Part shown: positions 8,835 through 16,306 of the stretch, one piece after another | Layout of the letters: each line of letters opens with the position of its first letter | Numbering within the stretch: position 1 is the stretch's first letter | IMG/VR virus record: IMGVR_UViG_3300031227_000013 | Length of the DNA: 64,000 nt | Source: a virus | Reading direction: 5' to 3' (one strand) | Program-made: the position numbers and the translations under genes | The notes under the pieces: generated by a model | The model's input: the letters and a program-made list of their open reading frames with translations, nothing else | Told to the model about the DNA's origin: nothing | Databases searched by the model: none

Positions 8835-9241
8835 GTTGTCTCCTCGGGCTGTACTGTAAAATTGTAGTGTTTAAATACATTCTCTAGCTTATTATCGTTA
8901 TTCCAGACATCCTCATTTAGTACCTTATTATTAGAATGTTTATTATTATATGCTGTCACCACATTCTTAACAAATGGAAAACATACTTTAGATACCAAAA
9001 CTGAATTACCAAAACCCCTATCTAAACGCCGAGGTACCTGTATAAGATACCTATTACTAACCATACTGTACTTTACACGAAAATGTCTATCAGCCTCATA
9101 CAGTTTTATATTCCAATCGCCGCATGCATAATAGAAATGAGTATTAGTTGTGGAATTAGGAAACATTCTGGGGGATTTCTCATCCACACGGATCATCACT
9201 CCTCCGGAAACATTATAATAAGACATGTATAAGTAATTCAT
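8831..9241 (-). CDS. Hypothetical protein, NNK-x-x-x-DV family
   Basis: MNYLYMSY...GVMIRVDE; YNNKHSNNKVLNEDVWNND. Confidence 0.75.
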   Translation of the reverse strand: MNYLYMSYYNVSGGVMIRVDEKSPRMFPNSTTNTHFYYACGDWNIKLYEADRHFRVKYSMVSNRYLIQVPRRLDRGFGNSVLVSKVCFPFVKNVVTAYNNKHSNNKVLNEDVWNNDNKLENVFKHYNFTVQPEETT

Positions 9242-9384
9242 AAATATCTCAATAATCTAACTACCACCCAGGCCACCTTTGTCAGCTCTTTAATAGCAAA
9301 CGTAATTTCTTTCCATAATTCAGATTTTGTCAGCTCTTTAAAGGTGAACGTAATTTCTTCCCATATTACTTTTAATTTTTTCAT
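9238..9384 (-). CDS. 48-aa protein with an internal duplication (not in ORF track)
   Basis: MKKLKVIWEEITFTFKELTKSELWKEITFAIKELTKVAWVVVRLLRYL; SD GGAAGG; stop overlaps the next ATG. Confidence 0.6.
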   Translation of the reverse strand: MKKLKVIWEEITFTFKELTKSELWKEITFAIKELTKVAWVVVRLLRYL

Positions 9385-9419
9385 TCAACCTTCCTTTTAA
9401 TAGTTATATCTATAAAATA

Positions 9420-9453
9420 CAAAACCCCCGGAGTTAATAGCTTCCGGGGGTTT
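9420..9453 (-). terminator. Intrinsic terminator
   Basis: AAACCCCCGGA...TCCGGGGGTTT hairpin with U-tract. Confidence 0.75.
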
Positions 9454-9465
9454 AAACAAATACTA

Positions 9466-10410
9466 TCAGCCTGTATTTACAGTGGCCTGCCCTGCATGCG
9501 GAATACGATATTCATTATTCAGCACGTACATCATACAATCATTCAGGTCACCCAACCTACCTTCCCGTTTTACCGCTTCAATACAGCAGTTACAGTCGTG
9601 ATCGACTTTAAGCTGGTGCGGATTTAATCCGGTAACAACATTGAACCTGTCATACATAGCGTTCCATATAAGCGATCCGTCCATTTCTTTGATACCTAAG
9701 GCACGGGCATATGCCGCACTATGCTTCACTATCATAGAATGTATTTCAGACTTAGTCCTGTGCATCTTCACTCTTGCTTTCAGAGGAGGACTCATACTGA
9801 AAAGTACCCGTTGTTCTTCCAGCCCTGTATTTATAGCCATCAGGTCTTCATTCTCCTTAAGAACAGCTTTTACAAACCCCAGTATCAAACCCTGTAGTTC
9901 CTCAATATGCTCTACAGCAGTTTTATTAGCTTTAACAGTTTCAGAAGGTACTGAAGGTTCCGGAGCTACTACATTGTCCTGGAAGTCCAGTTGGGGCTGG
10001 ATCATTTCTTTACTTTCCTCTTTAGCGGCGTCGGCAATATCCGTATCCACCAGCATACCTAATTTACTACTGTAATGAGTGAACCGTTTCAGTAATACTC
10101 TATCAGCCTCATCCAACCATACTGATCGCAGTCTGTCCTTACGATTATTCATAACTCTTGTCCATATCATTTCAATAATATCCAAAGGCAGGATACCTGT
10201 TCTTACACATTCTTTTCCACCTTCATATCTAACAAAGACAGACACAGATACAACATCCCGCCTAAGTCTTCTCTTCATAACACTGGGAGCAAAATAAGGC
10301 GATCCCACATCTCTGTTTAACTCTTCTGATATTATGTATTTAACTTTTTTGTACGTGAATGTATACACGGACATTCCAAAAATTTTACATTTCCTGACTT
10401 TGTACTTCAT
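9466..10410 (-). CDS. Hypothetical protein; C-terminus weakly resembles phage antirepressor-associated helical domains
   Basis: 314-aa ORF, coiled-coil middle, C-terminal 'IWNAMYDRFNVVTGLN...EGRLGDL'; functional call is weak. Confidence 0.5.
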   Translation of the reverse strand: MKYKVRKCKIFGMSVYTFTYKKVKYIISEELNRDVGSPYFAPSVMKRRLRRDVVSVSVFVRYEGGKECVRTGILPLDIIEMIWTRVMNNRKDRLRSVWLDEADRVLLKRFTHYSSKLGMLVDTDIADAAKEESKEMIQPQLDFQDNVVAPEPSVPSETVKANKTAVEHIEELQGLILGFVKAVLKENEDLMAINTGLEEQRVLFSMSPPLKARVKMHRTKSEIHSMIVKHSAAYARALGIKEMDGSLIWNAMYDRFNVVTGLNPHQLKVDHDCNCCIEAVKREGRLGDLNDCMMYVLNNEYRIPHAGQATVNTG

Positions 10411-10437
10411 ACTCGATTTCCTTTGTAAGTTGTTTTT

Positions 10438-10665
10438 TTATTCCCCCGAAGAGGATGAAAGACCGGCCTTCTGTATAGTGCCCATGGACAACCCGGTTAA
10501 TTTCTCCATGAAACATTCCTCGCAGTAAAGTTCCCCCTTCTTTGTCTTTACCGCATTTTCATATTCAGACAGCTTATTGGTTACAGCTATTCTTGAATAC
10601 CCCTCCCTGCCGCATTGCTTACAGCAGGGACCTGATATAACTATCTCTGTTTTTGTATCAGCCAT
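10438..10665 (-). CDS. Small zinc-ribbon protein
   Basis: CKQC...CEEC. Confidence 0.6.
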   Translation of the reverse strand: MADTKTEIVISGPCCKQCGREGYSRIAVTNKLSEYENAVKTKKGELYCEECFMEKLTGLSMGTIQKAGLSSSSGE

Positions 10666-10688
10666 GTTACGCTATGCGCTCCACATAT

Positions 10689-10976
10689 TTAATTATCTAC
10701 TACATTTTCTACCATGGTAGACTTTTCAGTTTCCAGTATCTGGATAGATCTTTGTACTCTATCCCGGGACATTCTCAGTGAAATAACTGATTTAATAAGA
10801 TGCTCCATATCAATACTGTCTACTGAACTGTATTTTTCGAGCAGAGGATCTATAAAATGCTCTGTCTCCAATACTATGTCCGGTCCGGGATCTGTAATAT
10901 CCCCCAGATTACCGAACAGTCTTTTTTGATTCTTCATATTCTTTACCAGCAGGACGTCCTGAACCACGCATACCAT
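10689..10976 (-). CDS. Hypothetical protein
   Basis: ORF in the array; carries palindrome copy 2 near its 3' end. Confidence 0.55.
   Translation of the reverse strand: MVCVVQDVLLVKNMKNQKRLFGNLGDITDPGPDIVLETEHFIDPLLEKYSSVDSIDMEHLIKSVISLRMSRDRVQRSIQILETEKSTMVENVVDN
10708..10721. repeat. 14-bp palindrome TCTACCATGGTAGA, copy 2
   Basis: Exact match. Confidence 0.9.
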
Positions 10977-11048
10977 CCCGACTTCCTTTAGGTTTAGTAG
11001 AACTTCCTACTGTTCGTTCGTCTCTTTTTACATCTTTACAACTCATTA

Positions 11049-11261
11049 TTATTCTCCAAAGTATTCCATTAGATCTCCAACTGTCTGCATATCCGCAAGA
11101 TCATGAAAACCATATTCATTACCAGACATTCTGGCTACATCTTTAAATATTGCTAACCAATCTTCATCCGATATTTTCAGAGCATCCAGATTTCTATCCA
11201 GAGTTATATTCTCCGGATCTATAGGGGATGCATCTACCAACGCTTGATGAACGCCATTCAT
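11049..11261 (-). CDS. Acyl-carrier-protein-like protein lacking the canonical DSL serine
   Basis: Acidic 70 aa; 'IDPENITLDRNLDALKISDEDWLAI...LADMQTVGDLMEYF' follows the ACP pattern, including the terminal TVGDL helix. Confidence 0.65.
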   Translation of the reverse strand: MNGVHQALVDASPIDPENITLDRNLDALKISDEDWLAIFKDVARMSGNEYGFHDLADMQTVGDLMEYFGE

Positions 11262-11485
11262 TTTAAATCCCTTTAATGTAAATAACTTCTGTTACCAGCT
11301 AAAACAAGCGTTTTCCCTTTTCGGGAAAAGCTCAGTAAAAGAAGTTGTTTTTATTGATTTGACTGTAATACTATTATAATACCCATTTTTCTTAACATAT
11401 TTTCGTCCTGTATTCATAAGCGTACTCCTAGTTAAGTTATTGTTAAATGGTGGAGACTCTAATTAGTCCCCATTATAAAAATAAT

Positions 11486-11935
11486 TTACTTCTTTCTTAT
11501 CACACTTTCAAATATTGGAAAGGTAGTAACTTCTTTTAGCAGTGTTTCGTCGTACAGCATAACAAGACTATTCAATGCTTCGTGAACAACCTTCTCCCAC
11601 TTACTATTATCCACTTTACCTTCTTTTACACACTCTTCACAGAACGTATAAAACTTGTTTATTAAATGTATTTCCACAGCTTCGTGGACTGCTTCATATC
11701 TTATTCGTGTATCTGATATTTCTCTAGGCCATTCCGGAGACAGATAGATTAAAATTTTCTGACTGTCCTCGTAGATAATACTTCCCGCCAGATGTGTACT
11801 ATCCAGATCCGGCGGTTTTTCAAAAGCGAATGTTATAGGAGCATTTCTTATCCCCAATAAACTCAGAACCTTTTCGCACTCCTCTACAAATAGTCTGAAA
11901 TCATCCTCTTTTAGATAATACTTTTTATACTTCAA
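11486..11935 (-). CDS. Hypothetical protein, possible zincin-like metalloprotease fold
   Basis: 'IRYEAVHEAVEIH' HExxE/H-type helix. Confidence 0.5.
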   Translation of the reverse strand: MKYKKYYLKEDDFRLFVEECEKVLSLLGIRNAPITFAFEKPPDLDSTHLAGSIIYEDSQKILIYLSPEWPREISDTRIRYEAVHEAVEIHLINKFYTFCEECVKEGKVDNSKWEKVVHEALNSLVMLYDETLLKEVTTFPIFESVIRKK

Positions 11936-11974
11936 GTTCTTCCTTTCTTTTAGTTTGTTCCTCTATAGAGTATT

Positions 11975-12002
11975 AAAAAAACCCCGTGTCGCTCCGGGGT
12001 TT
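11975..12002 (-). terminator. Intrinsic terminator
   Basis: AAACCCCG...CGGGGTTT hairpin with U-tract. Confidence 0.7.
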
Positions 12003-12008
12003 ACATTG

Positions 12009-12350
12009 TTAGTCTACACTAGGCCAATGAAGGCCTAACGTATTTTTTGCGCGCTCTTTAGAAGCAGCGCGCTTCTGAATTTTCTCAAAAGAGGCTACTC
12101 TACAAACAGAGCAGCAGGGTTGTCTAAACCCTGCGAGAGACATTTTTACTGCCTCACGATGAGAAGGTGCTTCTGCATGCCCACAGGCATACAGATATGT
12201 CCCGTCGTCTTGTACAACGACAGCTTCTGCCTCGGAGAAACGGTCTCTCCAGGCCAGGTACTTCTGACTGGGGAATGTCTTCCCCATCAATTCTTCTGCT
12301 GCAGATACTAGATCCGCTTTTTCCTCTTGTGTCATATAATTTCCTTTCAC
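12009..12350 (-). CDS. Hypothetical protein with a Cys/His cluster
   Basis: CGH...CCSVC. Confidence 0.6.
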   Translation of the reverse strand: MKGNYMTQEEKADLVSAAEELMGKTFPSQKYLAWRDRFSEAEAVVVQDDGTYLYACGHAEAPSHREAVKMSLAGFRQPCCSVCRVASFEKIQKRAASKERAKNTLGLHWPSVD

Positions 12351-12489
12351 TTTTTACGGAAATCCAGAGCGACCAGGATTCCCATTATTATAATTATAAT
12401 GCCTACCACGCCGGACGCGATAAACATTATTAACTTTAGGAGATTCACCATGTTATACAAAGTCCCCTCGAATTAATATCCATTAATAT

Positions 12490-12520
12490 ATAATGCCAAA
12501 AAAACAGCACTAATTAAGCA
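12490..12520 (-). promoter_or_regulatory. Recurrent promoter-like motif, copy 2
   Basis: TGCTTA-N19-CATTAT with T7GG. Confidence 0.65.
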
Positions 12521-12677
12521 CCTAAAAAAGAAACCCTAAGGCTTCCTTTTAACTCTGCCGAGCCAACAAACGGCCTCAGCAAAGATTTTAATGCATACTA
12601 TCGGTATCACTACCGACGAAGATGCCGCTATTATAATCAGGAAATCCAACATATTAACCTCCTTTGCGGGTTAATAT

Positions 12678-12708
12678 ATTATGCCAAAAAAATGGATTTT
12701 TTTTAAAA
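12678..12708 (-). promoter_or_regulatory. Recurrent promoter-like motif, copy 3
   Basis: TTTTAA-N19-CATAAT with T7GG. Confidence 0.55.
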
Positions 12709-13050
12709 CGTAAGCAAGTCCACTATGTGGTGTTCCGTAAGATATTCGTCCAGCATAAAATCAGGACAGTTATCTATTTTTTCCGCAGCCATCTTAATAA
12801 GGGCTTCCAGCCGACGGTATCGAGATGGCTTATTAACTGTACTGCTAACCATATTTAATACCTTATCAGTTGAATAATAAGATATACTGAATTCATCACT
12901 TCTTAAATGCAGAGCTGCGTACAACCCGAAGGATTTATCAGAAATAAAAAACCCGTCAACTCCATCTAAACTATATCTTTTAAGAACCTGTTGATGAAAC
13001 TGTCTGTCCTTCAGTATGTTCTCATAATCATCATTTGAAATAAAAACCAT
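12703..13050 (-). CDS. Hypothetical protein with a VDG-type N-terminal module
   Basis: MVFISNDDYENIL...YSLDGVDGFFIS resembles the N-termini of 13291..13659 and the E2 protein. Confidence 0.7.
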   Translation of the reverse strand: MVFISNDDYENILKDRQFHQQVLKRYSLDGVDGFFISDKSFGLYAALHLRSDEFSISYYSTDKVLNMVSSTVNKPSRYRRLEALIKMAAEKIDNCPDFMLDEYLTEHHIVDLLTF

Positions 13051-13186
13051 ATTTATCCTCTCGATTCATGACGTGTGTATGGACTTTTCCTGTTCTTCTT
13101 ACGTATAACAGGGAGTGTTCCATATCGACTCTTTTTTCTGAATATCTTATTTAATAATTTTTTCATTCCATCTCTCCTTTAAATGT

Positions 13187-13229
13187 AAAAAGGGTCCGGA
13201 AGAACCACCATCGAAATTCTTCCGGACCC
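13187..13229 (-). terminator. Intrinsic terminator
   Basis: GGGTCCGGAAGAA...TTCTTCCGGACCC stem with U-tract. Confidence 0.75.
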
Positions 13230-13290
13230 GCCTGAAAGGAAGGAGTCAGCTCAAGCTCCAGCAGCATACTCCCCTAGATTAATTCTTATT

Positions 13291-13659
13291 TTATGCGCCT
13301 GCTAAACAATCTCTTACAGCACTTAGCGCTTGTATCGCATCATTCATTTTTTCCACTAACGAAGGATCAGTCCTCTGCCCCTCATCAAATACTTCCACAG
13401 GAGGTGTAACTACCGCTTCCGAAATACCCCCGCTTTTAGGGATTGTGTATCCGGCTACTGCATAAATATCTTCGTACACAGTTGTAGCCTTGGATAATAT
13501 TATTCCTTCTCTCTTAATTAATTCTTCGATCTTTTTCCGAGGTACTAATACCCCGTCTACTGTTTCTATTTTGAAAGGGACAATATCTTTTTCTTTTTTA
13601 AGTCCCATCTTTTTTAATTCTTCGTAAATACTATTCGAAACAAAAAATGCTTCGTCCAT
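13291..13659 (-). CDS. Hypothetical protein with a VDG-type N-terminal module
   Basis: FFVSNSIYEELKKMG...FKIETVDGVLVPR. Confidence 0.75.
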   Translation of the reverse strand: MDEAFFVSNSIYEELKKMGLKKEKDIVPFKIETVDGVLVPRKKIEELIKREGIILSKATTVYEDIYAVAGYTIPKSGGISEAVVTPPVEVFDEGQRTDPSLVEKMNDAIQALSAVRDCLAGA

Positions 13660-13679
13660 AAACCCTCCTGGGTTTTAAG

Positions 13680-13994
13680 TTAAACTTCACCCTCTTTTGC
13701 TAAGTAAGCTGCAGTACTGGAATCAGAATCCATAGCATGTCCGGGTGTTTCATCCTCTATTGTTTCCTCGTCGGATGATGCTTCTAATTCTTCTGTTATA
13801 ATTCTTCTTATACACTCGTACATATCTGCCAGCCATATGTTGGATTCGAGGGAACTGTCTATATTTACCAATGCTTCAGGAGCCACTTCAGGATCCATAT
13901 TATCAACATCAATCCCCAGTTCTCTCAGCCTCTCCACCATTGTATCTTCCAGACATTCAAGTATACAATTAAGATTAAACAATTCTCCTGTCAT
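13680..13994 (-). CDS. Highly acidic hypothetical protein
   Basis: 104 aa, D/E-rich. Confidence 0.7.
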   Translation of the reverse strand: MTGELFNLNCILECLEDTMVERLRELGIDVDNMDPEVAPEALVNIDSSLESNIWLADMYECIRRIITEELEASSDEETIEDETPGHAMDSDSSTAAYLAKEGEV

Positions 13995-13999
13995 AATAG

Positions 14000-14036
14000 A
14001 AAAAATGGATCCCTCTAAAGGGAGGAGAGGGATCCA
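14000..14036 (-). terminator. Intrinsic terminator closing the Ubl operon
   Basis: TGGATCCCTCT...AGAGGGATCCA-TTTTTT immediately after the Ubl stop. Confidence 0.85.
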
Positions 14037-14042
14037 GTTATA

Positions 14043-14456
14043 CTAGTTGTTTCCCTTGATCTGTTTGACCAAGAAAATATTTGCACCGTCAACAACTGCT
14101 GTGTCTTCGGATACGGTACTACCATTCATCTTAATCTCAAAGCCTTCGGCGTCGAGATCTGCAAGTTCCAGTACGGCCTCAATGGTCGTGCCAGATTCAA
14201 CAGCTAATTCCGAGAGTGTTCCAGGAACTTTACCAACTGTTACTACGCATTGATTTCCTTTGATCTGCTTGACCAGGAAAATATTTGCGCCGTCAGGAGC
14301 ATCGTCTGTCAAAGATGCGGTACTGCCGTTGACTTTAATTTCGAAACCCTCTGCATCGAGGTTTCCTGCTGCCAGGGCATCTGCAACTGTAGCGCCATTT
14401 TCGACGGCTACTTCTGAAAGTGTTCCTGGTACTTTTCCTACTGTGATTTGTTTCAT
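14043..14456 (-). CDS. Tandem di-ubiquitin-like (beta-grasp, ThiS/MoaD-like) protein
   Basis: Two near-identical 68-aa units (TVGKVPGTLSE.AVE.G.T...L...L.AEGFEIK.NGST......DGANIFLVKQIKG), each ending IKG-N. Confidence 0.9.
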   Translation of the reverse strand: MKQITVGKVPGTLSEVAVENGATVADALAAGNLDAEGFEIKVNGSTASLTDDAPDGANIFLVKQIKGNQCVVTVGKVPGTLSELAVESGTTIEAVLELADLDAEGFEIKMNGSTVSEDTAVVDGANIFLVKQIKGNN

Positions 14457-14470
14457 TACTTATTCCTTTG

Positions 14471-15160
14471 TTATAACTTAAAGGTTTGTGTTATAGACAT
14501 ATATGGCCGCATGCCGTATATGATTTCGTTCTCGATTGGGTCTCCATTATTATGCTTCAGCATCTGCCAAACAGCTATTGTGGATATATTAACTGCTGTA
14601 GCAATTACTGAAACAGAAGAGCCACAGAGAGATTCTTCCGCCGTATCATCATCATATAGAGTAGCCTCCCACTTCTCTGCCTGATTAAGCATTGTCGGAA
14701 CGAAAGAATAAATTCTTCCGTTATCATCCCCCATTCTTGTTTCTACTATTAAATTAACACCGAACTTCATCTTTAGAAATTCAGTGAAAATTTCCTTACG
14801 TGAAGACATTGTATCTGTCAGGAGAAATACAATATTCCCCGGGACATATCCGCAACCCGTCTCCACTTTTTCATTGACAGCTTCTATTTCAATTTCCGTC
14901 AATTGTTTTATGAGCTCTTTAAGAGCGTCAACTTTGTACTTCCCTACATCAGACAGTCGGAACATTTGATTAGGAATATTGTGTTCTTCCACCTTATCAT
15001 AATCGAACACACGTATCTTTTTCACTCCCATCTTAGCGAGTAAATAAGCTACGTGTGAACCTGTTGCTCCAGCCCCTATTATGTCAACCTTCTTTGTAAA
15101 CAAATTAGGTTTAAAAACAGATAGCTGTCTATTATAGGAGATACTGGCAGGTATACCCAT
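14471..15160 (-). CDS. ThiF/MoeB/E1-like adenylating enzyme
   Basis: IIGAGATGS Rossmann motif, DYDKVEEHNIPNQ, GKYKVDAL, candidate catalytic Cys in ESLCG. Confidence 0.92.
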   Translation of the reverse strand: MGIPASISYNRQLSVFKPNLFTKKVDIIGAGATGSHVAYLLAKMGVKKIRVFDYDKVEEHNIPNQMFRLSDVGKYKVDALKELIKQLTEIEIEAVNEKVETGCGYVPGNIVFLLTDTMSSRKEIFTEFLKMKFGVNLIVETRMGDDNGRIYSFVPTMLNQAEKWEATLYDDDTAEESLCGSSVSVIATAVNISTIAVWQMLKHNNGDPIENEIIYGMRPYMSITQTFKL

Positions 15161-16306
15161 CAGTCAATTTCCTGAAAGGAATACTTACCGACCTTCTTAT
15201 TTTTAGGAGGACGACCTGGTTTTCTCTTTTTACCTACTTTTTTTAAAGGAGTAGCTCCTTCAACTCCATCGTCCACATTATCCAATGGGTATGTCTTATG
15301 AACATTGTTTCCTCCTACAGGTCTTCCCTGATAGCCATTATTTCCATAGCCATTAGGTGAACCACCATATCCATGCTCGGAACCATGTCCTTGAAAACCA
15401 ATCCCACTCTGGTTCATACCCTGGTGATACCCAGCGGCGTTTTTTAGGCCACCATACACCATCTTGGTAACCTTTTCCTCGATCTGTCCTTTCCAGTATT
15501 CTACCTTAGGATCATCATCTTCATTTACCTGAATACTCCATGGGGCATCCTTGAGAGCAAGCCCTATATCATACTGAAAAATAGCGAACCCATATTCGCC
15601 TTTATTGTTTCCGATACATCTTATAAAGAATCTGTTTAGAGCTCCTTCGGAACCCTTAAGATTATCAGAAAATACTTCCATCTGTGTGTTATCCTGGCCG
15701 GACGGACCAACTCCGCCGCTTATGTGTGACATTCTGTTACTTAATAACCTACTAATGTAGGCGGGTATCCAGTTTCCTGATACCTCTCTATGTCTCCATA
15801 GAGATCAGACTATCGCTCGGCCCTCAGCATTACCTGTAGGGTTCTTCTCGCTTAGTCGTTGACCGTCCTTTAAATATCTTAAAGGTTCGGCAGGATTACC
15901 CTCGGCTTTACCGTTAGGGCTTCCCCCTCAATCAGAGAAGATTTTTCTAGTGACTGTTACCAGTCACGGGGCACTCACCTACTGCTTACGCAGCGTCACA
16001 TATTTTATGCCCCCAAAGGCGAATATTATTAGCTTCATCGGTTGTCATATCTCCGGAAGTTATAAGTTCCCCCATTAATTCAGCCAGTCCATCAGGAGTT
16101 ATTTCGGTTGTTCCACCGTTAACATCCTGTTGGGGAAGAGGTAATATATTATAAACTAAAAATACATTATCCTCTTCTTTACGTACAAGACCTAACCATC
16201 CTATTTCATCATCGCAGTTATTAATTATAATGTCCATGTCTTTTTTGACCTCAGGTAGTAATACTACCGAGGGCATTCCTTCATTTAACCATTCGACTGT
16301 AGGCAT
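15160..16306 (-). CDS. JAB/MPN+ metalloprotease (deubiquitinase-like), two exons 16306-16007 and 15729-15160, 289 aa spliced
   Basis: Exon 1 has DEIGW (catalytic E) and ends RLWGH; exon 2 starts SHISGGVGPSGQD; joining rebuilds the JAMM motif E...H-S-H...S-x2-D. Confidence 0.9.
15730..16006 (-). ncRNA. Group I self-splicing intron (277 nt, no ORF)
   Basis: 5' exon ends in U (GGGGCAU) and pairs with IGS GUGCCCC (U-G at the splice site); P10 GUGA/UCAC; P2 GUGACUG/CAGUCAC; P3 UCUUCUC/GAGAAGA; P7 GACUA/UAGUC; P9 hairpins; terminal G. Confidence 0.92.

Noticed and set aside
9238-9384. SecE-like motif (KEL-x-KV-x-W)
   Set aside because: Lacks the WP and a proper transmembrane helix; the match is too short
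14047-14481. Two similar plus-strand ORFs over the Ubl gene
   Set aside because: Shadow of the tandem duplication on the coding strand
14043-15160. ThiS/ThiF or MoaD/MoeB sulfur-carrier (cofactor biosynthesis) interpretation
   Set aside because: No ThiG/MoaE/rhodanese or synthase partner nearby; an E2-like and a JAB gene share the operon; the Ubl ends in a masked single Gly
15160-16306. Treating 15986..16306 and 15160..15732 as two genes, or as a frameshifted pseudogene
   Set aside because: The intervening sequence folds as a complete group I intron and splicing restores the JAMM motif exactly
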